In this document: one piece after another, positions 39,464 through 50,398 of the stretch | How positions within the stretch are numbered: the first letter of the stretch is position 1 | How the letters are laid out: each line of letters opens with the position of its first letter | From: Pseudogymnoascus verrucosus | Lineage: Eukaryota | Length of the DNA stretch: 64,000 nucleotides | Reading direction: 5' to 3' (one strand) | Assembly (NCBI GenBank): GCA_001662655.1 | Contig: KV460226.1 | Notes under the pieces: generated by a model | Told to the model about the DNA's origin: nothing | Databases searched by the model: none | The model's input: only the letters and a program-made list of their open reading frames with translations | Made by a program: the position numbers and the translations under genes

Positions 39464-40119
39464 ATCTCTAGCCATACTTGACTTAAGTGATGAGGGTATC
39501 CGAGACGTAGTAGCTATAGCTTATAGGGTATGCTAGGGTAGTAGCTTGCTCTAGGGGTATCTAGCATTAGAGTATCCTACTCTTCTGTAAATAGTGCTCG
39601 TAGCTGAGCGAAGTACTTTGTGCTTAATTAAAGCTAAATATATTAAGGCTATGTTCTTTATGTTCAAGTTAGTGGTTTAGCTCGGATCGCGGTGTATAAA
39701 CTGAAATTTAAAATGTTAAAAGAAAGTTGCGACAAAATGCTAGAGAGGTGACCGAGCAAGACGGTAGAATTCGGAGACGCACGGCAGCAGCAGCAATTAG
39801 GGTCGCGGAAGAAGCAAAGCCATTGCTACATGAAAGGCGCTAGTGTAATAGAGGGATGAACTTATGCGTAAGGTAGCAAGTGGCGAGAAAATCCGCCTTA
39901 ACGGGACGGAGATCATGCACGAAAACGTCACCTCCCGTTAAATCCCCTTCCCGCCTTACTGTCATCTCTCTCGTAGCATACGGCTCTAACTTCCTAAACA
40001 ACCTTAATCCTTCTTAAAACCCTAACCCTAATGTGTGCTTGTCATTATGTTCTTGTATAATCGCCCTATCTATAAACGCCCTATGTAAACTAGCAACTCT
40101 AGCCTTCTCTACTATACCC

Positions 40120-42785
40120 CTAATCCCGGCGGTCCTTCCCATAGTAGTTGGACGCTGGCTGTGCCACGACTACTCGGGAGGTCCTGGACTTCAGCTCCAC
40201 GCAGAGAATCCTCTTGCTCGTGGGCTGATGCCACACCCTCCCTGATCCGGGACGATTCGCCTCTGCCCTCGCCCACCACTCGGAGATCTTGGCGGCGACG
40301 TGGTCAATGGCCACGACCGAGACGCTATGCGCAATGGCGCCATCGCGGAGACGCCCAGTCGCAAGAAACTCGACTGGGACGGCCATGGTGCGGGGAGATC
40401 ACACGGTGATTGTGCCGGATGGCACAGAGCTCGGCGATTGCGCGAGGCCAGAGACGGGGACGGGTGCTGAGGCAAAGCCTCCTGCGGATGGGATCTGGAT
40501 CCCTGGAGCTGGCGGTGGCATCATACCGCGACCCTGCGATGGGCCCGGGAGAAGATAAGCTGGCGCAGGGCCAGAGAAGACACCGCGACCCATCGTAGGG
40601 CCCGGGAGAACCGGAGCTGGCATCGCACCAGAGAAGACGCCGCGCCCTGCAAGGTCGGACGGGAAGAGCGAGACGGTAGGCGCCCCTACAAAGGGACCGC
40701 GACTCCCAGATAAACCCGGGGCGATGGAGGCTGGCCGACGGCCAGGCGGAGCAGTGCGGTCCTCGGCGGATCCGGACAGGACAGGGACTGGCGCAAAGCC
40801 AGAGAAGATCTGCCCCGGTCCGCGAGAGCTAGAGCTCGCGGAGCCGGGGCCTGCGAGCTGGCTCGGTGAGCCCTGCGAGATGTGCCGTGCGAGGCCAGAA
40901 GACCGACGCTGGCTCGGTGAGCCAGGGGATGCGCGCGACGCGAAGCGGGATGGTGAGCGCTGACCCGGGGATCCGGGAGAAATCGCGGCGCCAGCGGAAG
41001 TCAGAGGCTCGAATGAGCCGGAAGCGGGCATCGCGCTCATCGCGGCGGTTGGGGCGGACGGTGCTGGCTCGAAGCCAGGCGCACCGCCACCACCGGAAAG
41101 AAATGGCACGGGGCCGTGGGACGTGGAGGAGAACGGCGGAGAACGGCGGATGACGGGACGTGTCTTCGTCCTCGTCGTCAGAGGTAGAGACAGCCCACTC
41201 TACCCTCTCCGACGACACGTCGGACGTCGACAACGCCCGCCTCTTCTTCCGATTCCATTCCTCGAGCGCTGAGCCACGACGCCGCGCAGACGGCGTCTCC
41301 GATGGTGTCATCAGCGTATCCCGCTGAGGTGGGAGAATGTGGGGGGTTCCCACGGGGAGGGGCGTCGGATCGCCAGGGGAGGGGATCACATGTGGGCGAC
41401 GCGGGATAGACTCTGCGAAGGTCAGGGCTCCGCGTCTCGACGGTGGCGGGGGCTGTTCGCGGGGATCCGCGAGCTGGCGCAGGAGCTCGGTGATTTGTGC
41501 CTTGAGCGCGACATTCTCCTCCTCGTGCAGTCTTGCGGTGGCCCTCATCTCGCCGATGGCCTCCCCATGCTTTGCTATCAATTCCTCCCGCAAAGTAGCT
41601 GCGGTGGTAAGGTCGATTTTCTGCTGGTCGATTGTGGCCTTTGCGCGCGCGAGCTCGTCAATGAGCTTCTGCTTCGTAGTATCCCCTACCATGTCTTCGA
41701 TCTTCGTAAGAGCTATCGTTATCTGAGCGAACCCCATCGCCGTATCGTGGTGGGCATCCCCGACGAGTGCTTCAACTGCTGCTATTTTCTTCACAGCAGT
41801 ATCCACACCGCCGGAGACGCCCTTGATCCCTGTGAGACCCTCTGCTGCAGACGTGGCTGCGCCCTTGATGTCGGCCTGGATCCCCCCCGCACCCCCGAGC
41901 AATTCAACGATACCGGCAATCTTCTCATCGCAGCTCTTCGCGGCCGTGGTTGATCCCCTCGATGAGCTCGCTCATCGCCTTCATCCCATCGATGGTAGCT
42001 AGCTTGTCGAATATCTTCGCGGCATCATAGGAAGAAGTCTTCAGCTCCTCGATGAGCTTATGGGTGTTTGTGAGATCCTTCGCGGATGCAGTCTTCTGCT
42101 CCTCAAGCAGCTTTGCCATAGCCATATCAGCGGCCGTCGCCCGCTTCGCCTCCTTCGCCTGGTCCTCCGCGCTCTTCTTCAGCTGGTCCTGGATCTCCTT
42201 GGCAATAGTGGTGGGAGCCCCGTCGAAATAGTTACAGAATTCCATAAACCCCTTCGCCAGCCGCCCATCCGGACCCTGCGTCGTCTCGAGAAACTCTTTG
42301 ATATCTTCAAGCCCCTCATCCACCGCACGGCGGACATCCCTCTGCTGCTTGGTCGTGAGACCCTCGTCCGGTACGCCCGGGATCTCATCAATCGCCTCCT
42401 TCACCATATCCAGCTTCTTATCGAACTGTTCCATCTTCTCATCATGGGCTTTGAGAATGGCACTTCCAGCCTGGTGCGCTCGGGTGAGACTCTGTGCTTG
42501 CACCCGCTCGAGGCGGCACACCTCCTCGAGGGCCACGAGGGGGACGTTGAGGAGCTGCGCGGGCAGCTCTGCGGCATCACGGCGGGAGTTTAGCATCTCC
42601 TCAACCTGCGCGGCTGTGTCGAATAACAAAACCTCCTCCGTCTCAAGTACCAAAGCATCTATCTGCGAGTCCATAAGATTCCCTGCGAGAGCTGGCACCT
42701 TGCGGGATCCCAGGACGCCGCGGCCGCGACGCCCCCTTTGCGGAAAATTCCCCCCTCCCCTCTGAAAATTCGCTGATGGTTGCAT
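40120..42785 (-). pseudogene. Large unknown gene: RG-rich N-terminus, long coiled coil, Pro/Ser/Gly-rich linker, C-terminal globular domain
   Basis: ORFs 41925-42989, 40829-41902, 40399-41109 and 40120-40386 join through two frameshifts and one TGA. The 33.9 kb copy has CGA at that codon. Confidence 0.6.
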
Positions 42786-43186
42786 AATCTCGTTGCTTCG
42801 TATGGTAGGTAGGCTTGTATGGTAATGTGCGATAATTCGATGAGAAATGTGCGTGTGTTTGGGGTATGACAGTGTTGACAGTTGACGCGTCTGGATTTGC
42901 CGCTTACCGGGGGATAGGGGCCATCTATCAACAGCTTCACTTTGGTGGGATACTACGAGCAGACACCATCTCGCTCTACGGTACAGCATTACAGCTTCTA
43001 ATTTACTTCTTTTCTTTCTTCATACGATACTCCTACGATACACTCTCTACTTTACTTCTTTTCTTTTCTACTCTACCATACGCTCTACTTTACTCCTTTT
43101 CTTTACTTTCTGTGTCATACTCCCACCATACGCTCTACTCTACTCTACTTCTTTTCTTTCTTCATACGATACTCCTACGGTACGAC

Positions 43187-44461
43187 ATGGCTACCCGACA
43201 GTCAATCGCGCAGAAGTTCCTGGATGCCGAGGAGACCAAGCTTCTCGACCTGGTGAAGGCAATCCTGGATCAGGACGGATACTTAGACGACGAATACATG
43301 GCGTCTCAGTACGCCTACTCAAAGCAGGCTATCATGCTTGCGGCATATCACATCCTCCTCGCCACCCCGTCAGTAGTCCTTCGGGCTATCATTCGGGGGG
43401 ATCTCCCAGCCATGTCCGGGAACGTAGAGGTCCAGTACCTCCAGGACCCAAAGTACACAGAGGTGCCGCCGAGATACGAGTTTATCTATCCTACGATTTA
43501 TACCATCTACCTCGTCGATCGAGAGACCCATGATCCCCCGACCGTCGAGTACCTGCTCCTCATCATCCATAGCATCCGACAGGTGGCTGGCCCTAGTGCC
43601 ATCCAGCGACCCGCTATGGAGACGGCGCTCAAGTTATGCACGGAGCTGGAGATCCGCATGGCGGGCCAGCAATTGCGGGATCCCATTGTAGGGGGGATCG
43701 TGGACGTTGGATTTTCTGGGGATAGCGCCGCCCGGATCGACCAGCACCTCGCGGATGAGAGCAGCAATAAGATCATGCAGATATTTGCTGACGCCGCCAT
43801 CTGAGAGTTTGGCGAAACCTACGAGCTCCAAGGCTGTATTGTGGGCAGGATGAAGAAGCTAGAGCATTGTGCCCTCGCTGAAATCATCTTCTCTCGGATG
43901 GCGCAGAGTTATACCTCTCGGGGTGGAGGGTTCAACGGAGCCATCGCCGGAGCCAGCATCCAAGGGGCCCACGCCCTTACTGGTGTCGCATGGGAGGAGA
44001 TCGCAGGGGTGGCACCAGACTGGGTGCTCAGCAATCACTATACGTCTGATGCGGCGAAGGTGCGTGCTGTGGTCCAAGACCACCATGCCCGAATTTCCTG
44101 CGCGCAGGCCGTGGCGCCGCACCAGGCTATTTATGGCAGAATTCAGGGGATGCTCTCCGCCGAGGAGAGTGCTAGTATGGACGCCTGCGCGGATGCAGCT
44201 CGCTCTGTCGCTTACAGCCAGCTGGCTGCCGGAGACTACAGCCAAGGATCAGAGGATGGCACCACCCCCGCAGACCGCGCCGACGAGACCGAAGATGACA
44301 TGGAGGACGGTACCGTACAGGAAGACGACGATGAGATCGAGTCATATGGGCTTGCTCCTATGATGGACCTGGGATCACCGGATTATGAGCGGGACGTTGA
44401 TCCCATCATCGACAGCAGCGACCCCATCGTCCCAGCTCTTCGCCGCGCTCGCCTTCCATAG
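43187..44461 (+). pseudogene. Hypothetical protein with GIY-YIG-like motifs, one internal TGA (43802)
   Basis: A single frame gives PTIYTIYLVD..VDVGFS..RIDQH..SSNKIM..EIIFSRMAQSY..GGGFN followed by an acidic tail. Confidence 0.55.
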
Positions 44462-45091
44462 GTGTTTATTTTGTTTTTTTCTATTGTTCTTCCTATCATA
44501 CAGCACCTCTTGTCATCCCCCGTTTTTCCTACCATACAGCCCATCTTGTCATCCTCTACTTCCTCTTCCCCCTCTCATTTTCCCATCGTACAGCCTGTAC
44601 CTGTCATCCCCCGTTTTTCCTTGCTTCTCCTTTTTCTCCTTTTCGTTGTATCTTAGAGTTCTTCCAGCTATTATAGGCCTATAGCGAATGAAAAGATGTT
44701 CCCTGTGTTCCCGTATCGCGTGAATGGTAAAAGCAGTGCCATATAGCTATATGTAAATAGAGATTCCGTTTATTTATCGTGGGAATGCCATAATTACCCC
44801 ATACTACCGCTTATTCGCACCAAGGCGTAAACAGTGAATTTTTGTTTTCGCTTGCCCCCTCCGCTCCAACTCTCATCAGAACAATCTCACTTTACCACTT
44901 ATCCCCCTCTGCTCCAAGTTTGATCAAAACAACTTCACTTTGCTACGTACTCCCCTTTACTCCGATCTCTACGTTTACGTTTGCTCCGAGCTTAGTCCTA
45001 CGATCTTTCCTGGATCCTACCGATCTACAATACCATCATCAAACTCACCACCACCGATCTTTCCTGTCCTCGACTTCTGATAGAAGCCGCC

Positions 45092-47092
45092 ATGAGCTCT
45101 CCTGCTCCTGCATCCGACGGTGATGCCCCCTTGATCCCAGAGACGCCGCTCACGAGTCACACGAACTCGACACAAGATACTCCGGATCCGAACAACCCAC
45201 ATAAGGCAAACACTACGAAGTATTTCGCCTTTTATCCCCTCTTGGATCCTGGAATGTTCGAGGCGTTTGACGGAGCAGCGATATTTGGCACCACCGCATT
45301 GAACAAGCATCGCATCTCCGATAACCTTGCGAGTAAGATCATCATCTGGGCGACAATCCACAAGAAGCCGAAGTACGGTTTTATGGCGCGCAACTACTTT
45401 GTTACATCCGGCAACAACGTCCGAAAGCGCGGGAAAGTGATCGGCTTTGGATCCCCCTTCATCTATGAGGGAAAGTTCGTCAAATATGTAGGGGATCCTA
45501 TTCACACAATGACCGGACAGGGCTAGAAGGTTGGGATCGCAGCGGGCGACGCATGGAGTATTATCGAGCTCTGTGAGAAGCAGGAATTCGTCGATTGGTT
45601 CCATCGGATATGCGACGGCAGATTCGCTATGTTTACGCCGGATATCCTGAAGAAATACCCCGCGATTCTGAAGAGTATAACCTCGCCGTCGCTCCCAAAT
45701 TCCATCGGCGGACCAAACCCTCCCCTAGGCCCATTTTTTGGGGTAGATCCCGCAGTCTTTCCTCCTGCTGTCGTATCCTGACTTATGGCAGCGTCTCTCG
45801 GATCTGTAGTGCCTACTGCAAATCCATTTTTGGCGGAGGCGGCGCTCGTGAAGAAAGCGCTCGCTGGCCCAACCCCTCTCGGCGACCATACGCCACCCCC
45901 TCAGGCCCCTCTGCCGCCGTCTGATCAGACTCCCACGCCCGCGCCTCTCCCAGCACCCCACGATCGCACGCCTCTCATCCGAGCAGGACTCCCTGCAAAC
46001 GACAATGGCCTCGCCGGCTCCCCGCCGCATACTACCAAGACCCAGATGGTCCGACCACGGCCAGTGAACCCGGCGCACCAGAGCGCCCCTGCGAAGCTCG
46101 CATCAGCTACGATACCAGGGCTTCATTTGCTCAGCCGCCCGCCGCCCGTGTTTGATCCAGCCGGTATTTGCGCCCCATTCTCTCTTCCCTTCCGCCACCC
46201 CATGCGATACGACAATCCTGAGGAGTTCGATTCCGAGTTCTCCCACGTCGAGTATGAACGCACGCCCTCCCCGTTCATAAAGGGTGAAGACTATGATCCG
46301 CTTCTTTTTGGGGCGCCTGCGTGGAAAGCGCCACAGACGGATAGCTCGGAGGAGTACGAGCCAAAACTCGAATATGATTCAGAGTACGATCCGGAGTTCA
46401 TGGAGCAGGTGCAGCAGCAGCCGGTGCAGGAGCCGGCGCAGCAGCAGGATCCGGCGCAGCAGCAGCAGCCGGTGCAGGGGCCAACGCAGGAGCTAGCGCA
46501 GCAGCAGGAGCCTGCGCAGGAACACCAGCAGGAGTCGGAGCAGGATCAGAGGCGGAAGGCTAAGGAGCAGGACGACAAACTTCGGTCGTTCGGCACCATG
46601 AGAGCGGGATGCCCTAAGAACCCTACCTACGAGTATCATTCAATCTCTACGACACTCTTTGATCCCTCGAAGACCTATACTGAGACTCCCCCCTTTGTTA
46701 ATAACACGAACTTCAAAGGACCTAACTTGGATTTCCCTCTCCCACCCCCATCCGACACCGACTCGACCCCGCGTCCACGCGATCCCTCTCCTATGAAGGG
46801 AGTCCGCACTACCATAACGGCGTCGGATGGCACAGTATCGTCTGTGTATGGTGAGGACGAGGATGAGGAGACCGGCAAGGCTTCGGAGATTAGCTACGAC
46901 GGTGATCTAGAGATCGGCCCCGAGGATGCAGAGATAAGCTTTGAGGATGAGAAGGAGATCCACCCTGACGAGGCCGTTGATAACCACATCCTAAGCAGCA
47001 ATGACTCGGATTATAGGATTCCATTTGGGGGGGGTAAGCAGAGTGGTATCGGACGCGAGCTAGGTGAGGCCGGCATGGCGGGCAATACCTAG
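45092..47092 (+). pseudogene. Novel-domain, Pro/Gln/acidic protein, one internal TAG (45524), fused to an ALDH tail
   Basis: ORFs 45092-45526 and 45785-47092 are in the same frame. The N-terminal domain is shared with 50843-51622. Confidence 0.6.
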
Positions 47093-47131
47093 ACTATGGC
47101 CGCTCATGTTAATATGGGCTTGATATTCTAG
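46993..47131 (+). pseudogene. Aldehyde dehydrogenase C-terminal fragment
   Basis: SSNDSDYRIPFGGGKQSGIGRELGEAG..T*TMAAHVNMG. Confidence 0.8.
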
Positions 47132-47513
47132 GTGGTGGGTGATGAAGCCGTGAGACGTGAATAGAGGGGTGGGTTTTATCTATCTAGATTTACTTGCTTC
47201 TAAAATTAGAGCAATACTAACTATTACTACCACGAACAGAATAAGCTAGCTGCTGTAAGATTTCTGCAAGGATCTCGTGCCATTAGGTAAAGTGATGATG
47301 AGCTGTGGGTAAGCAGGGTAATGTGAGGCCTTAGCTTACATACCATACTAAGGGCGCCTTTGCTCCTAATTTTGGGATGATTCGCCATTTGTAAGCCATT
47401 AGTTAGAGCCATGCATCTAAGCCTTGAAAGTTCTATAAAGAAACCACAAGAGGCTTAGTTTTTAGTACGTAGTATTTTTCGCGTTAACCTACCGTGTATA
47501 ACGGTTCCCTATG

Positions 47514-47838
47514 AGACATTAAGACATTAAGACATTAAGACATTAAGACATTAAGACGTTAAGACATTAAGACATTAAGACATTAAGACATTAAGATGTT
47601 AAGACGTTAAGACATTAAGACGTTAAGACGTTAAGACATTAAGACATTAAGACATTAAGACATTAAGACATTAAGACATTAAGACATTAAGACATCAACG
47701 CGTTGAGGCGTTAAGACATTAAGACATTAAGACATTAAGACATCAACGCGTTGAGGCGTTAAGACATTAAGACATCAACGCGTTGAGGCGTTAAGACATT
47801 AAGACATCAACGCGTTGAGGCATCGAGGCGTTGAGGCG
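47514..47838. repeat. 8-bp tandem array (GACATTAA)n with GC-richer variants
   Basis: About 40 units. Variants include GACGTTAA, GACATCAA, CGCGTTGA, GGCGTTAA, GGCATCGA and GGCGTTGA. Confidence 0.95.
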
Positions 47839-48166
47839 CGATGTTCTTTTTCCTTTAAGCCTACAATATGCGTAACCTTGTATGACGAGTTCAATGTGGT
47901 AATGCGGTATGTGGGTTTTAGCATCTACTTAACAGCAGCAGCAAAGAGGGTAACGTAATTCACATCACAGCCCACATCCTCTTCTTCATTTCAGCATTAA
48001 CAAATCAAATTTAGCTATAAATAATAAGGCTAGATACTAATCCGCAGAAAGGAAATTTTAGCAGCCCGCTACACCATCTCTTTGCCCTACAGCCGCCTCG
48101 GTCGTATCAGAGAGGATTGTGGATTTGCCGCTCGTCGCCACGCCCAACGCTTACTCCTTATCACAT

Positions 48167-48772
48167 TCATGGCGAAGTAGGCGAGCCAGTGGCCTCAGCC
48201 TCACCAGTGCGGGTGCGGGTGATGGTGCGGGTTAGGAAGCGGGTCTGGGTGGTGGTTTGGTGGTCGTGGCCACTGCCGGTGCCAGTTGGATAGGGAATAC
48301 TGGTTTGGTGGTCGTGGCCACTGCCGGTGCCGGTTGGATAGGGAATGCCGGTGCCGGTTGGCCAGGCAATGTTTGCGCCAGTAGGGCCTTGGCCACTGCT
48401 GGTGCCAGTTGGATAGTGCATGCCGGTGCCGGGTGGGTAGGGAATGCCGGTGCCGGTTGGCCAGGCAATGTTTGTAGGGCCTAGGCCACTGCTGGTGCCA
48501 GTTGGATAGTGCATGCCGGTGCCGGGTGGGTAGGGAATGCCGGTGCTGGTTCGCCAGGCAATGTTTGTGCCAGTAGGGCCTAGGCCACCGGTTGGCCATG
48601 CACCAGATGGGAAGATGCCAGCGGGAATGTCTGGGGGAGTTAGTTGAGTTCATGGTAGCATGGGCCACAGTTGGCCTATATTACGATTGTGATTCTTACC
48701 ACCGCCTCGAGGAGCTGGCGCAGCTACGGCGACGACGACGAACAGGGCCTGGACGAGGTATGTGAATTGCAT
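48167..48772 (-). CDS. Small secreted Pro/Thr/Gly-rich repeat protein (PTGTG repeats), one intron
   Basis: Signal peptide MQFTYLVQALFVVVAVA and an intron near 48632-48699. Repeated NIAWPTGTGIPYPPGTGMHYPTGTSSG units. Confidence 0.7.
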
Positions 48773-50398
48773 TTTGAATTGAAGTTGAGTTTAACAAGAA
48801 GGCCTTGTTATGAATTAGGTGAATGTGATTGAGCTAAAGAGATTTTGAAGAATTTAGATTGAGGAAGTTTTCTTTGGAAACTCGAGGTGCTTTATACCTG
48901 ACTCTAGCAAGTACTCCATGATTTCCCCAGTCTCCCATCCGGAGGAGGTTGCAGTACCCCTTAGTTAATGGCCGAATGCAACAAGTGTTGTCTAGCCATT
49001 TCGCACGATATGCTAGGTGGTCGATCTGGCCCTATTCTCATAAGAGCTTTACAAACCTAGAATATTTTCAAATACCTAGGAAATGGTTGACATTCTAACA
49101 CCTCTTTCCTAATGCGTCGGGGCCTGTAGAATTTATATTTGGTTCACCTATGTCTTACATTACTAGCCATACTAAACAAGGGGAACGTTGCTAGGTAGTT
49201 AAGCAAAAATGACAAGGCGGCTAGAAACCTAGGGTCTAGTTGTGGATCGATGGGATCCCTAGCCTCCTCGCCGCTATAGAATATTAGGCGAAACTTGAGA
49301 CCTACATAGGACTAATGCGTAAGTGATGATGCCTAGTAAAATCACTAGGGGGATAGAGTAGGATTCTAATTTATTTAGTAGTACTGAAGTAGGATGCCAT
49401 GGTGATCGCTATTGTAAACAGACAATATTTTCTGTAATCATTAGAAAACTCTTAATCATTGTGTACGATTCCGGAAAATAATTGCTGCTTCTTAACAACA
49501 ACCTTATATGACAAGTAATACATTGCTAGTACACTCGCTATATAGAGTTTAAACATAAACATCTATACGCGATATAATAATAGTCCTACTACAACTTACT
49601 CGAATTCTTTCAAAGTATGCCTACATCCGACTTAATTGGTAGACACCGTAGGATTATATAAACAACCTTGCCTTATTAATTACTACGTAGGGTTGCTACT
49701 AGTTACAAATAGGGGTTGAGAACGGATATCCCCGCCACATAAAACAGCTAGATAAGGTTCACCATCCGTTTTATCATAATTTGTTACCGTTCTACTTTTA
49801 GCCTAATAACTTAAGATCTAGGTAGTTAGGGTAGTCCCCCTCACACGATTTCACGTCTCTACACACGTCTGTACACGTCTGCACACGTCTACGTTTCCTT
49901 TTACTATTTCCTTTATTATTTCCTTCCTGTTTATATGTCTTCTAGCTATAGTTTAATAAAAATTGTTTATAATGATTCCTATGCACGTGAATGGGGGTTG
50001 CTCAGGGTGCTCTGCTGCTATCTATGCCGCTCTGTAAGTGTACGCACTATATTCCCCATTAACATATATAAAATTCACTTCAATCTCTAATTTCAGTAAG
50101 TAAAGTTTTAGGGTATGTACCTCACGCTTGCAGGCGCGTTACCTGAGTTGTTTCGCCTACCTTTGTTTTGTTTTACGTTGTTTTGCATACGCATCAACAC
50201 CTTGCATACGCATCAACACTTCCTATTTCCTTTACATTTCCTCTACTATACCTGCAAGCTTCCGATATAAATCGAGTAATCATACAGATCAATCAAAGAA
50301 GTCTTGCACCAAACCTTGCATCTTGCACGTCGTAGGTTACTCCTTAATTCCTATCGACAACCTCACTTCTAACTTGCAAAATAGATCGATTAATCGCA

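Noticed and set aside
42866..43186. Hydrophobic N-terminal extension of ORF 42866-43804 and ORF 34064-34456
   Set aside because: These are translations of pyrimidine-rich non-coding repeats. The credible start is ATG 43187.
47514..47838. CRISPR-like array
   Set aside because: Contiguous 8-bp units with no unique spacers, in a eukaryotic context with no cas genes.
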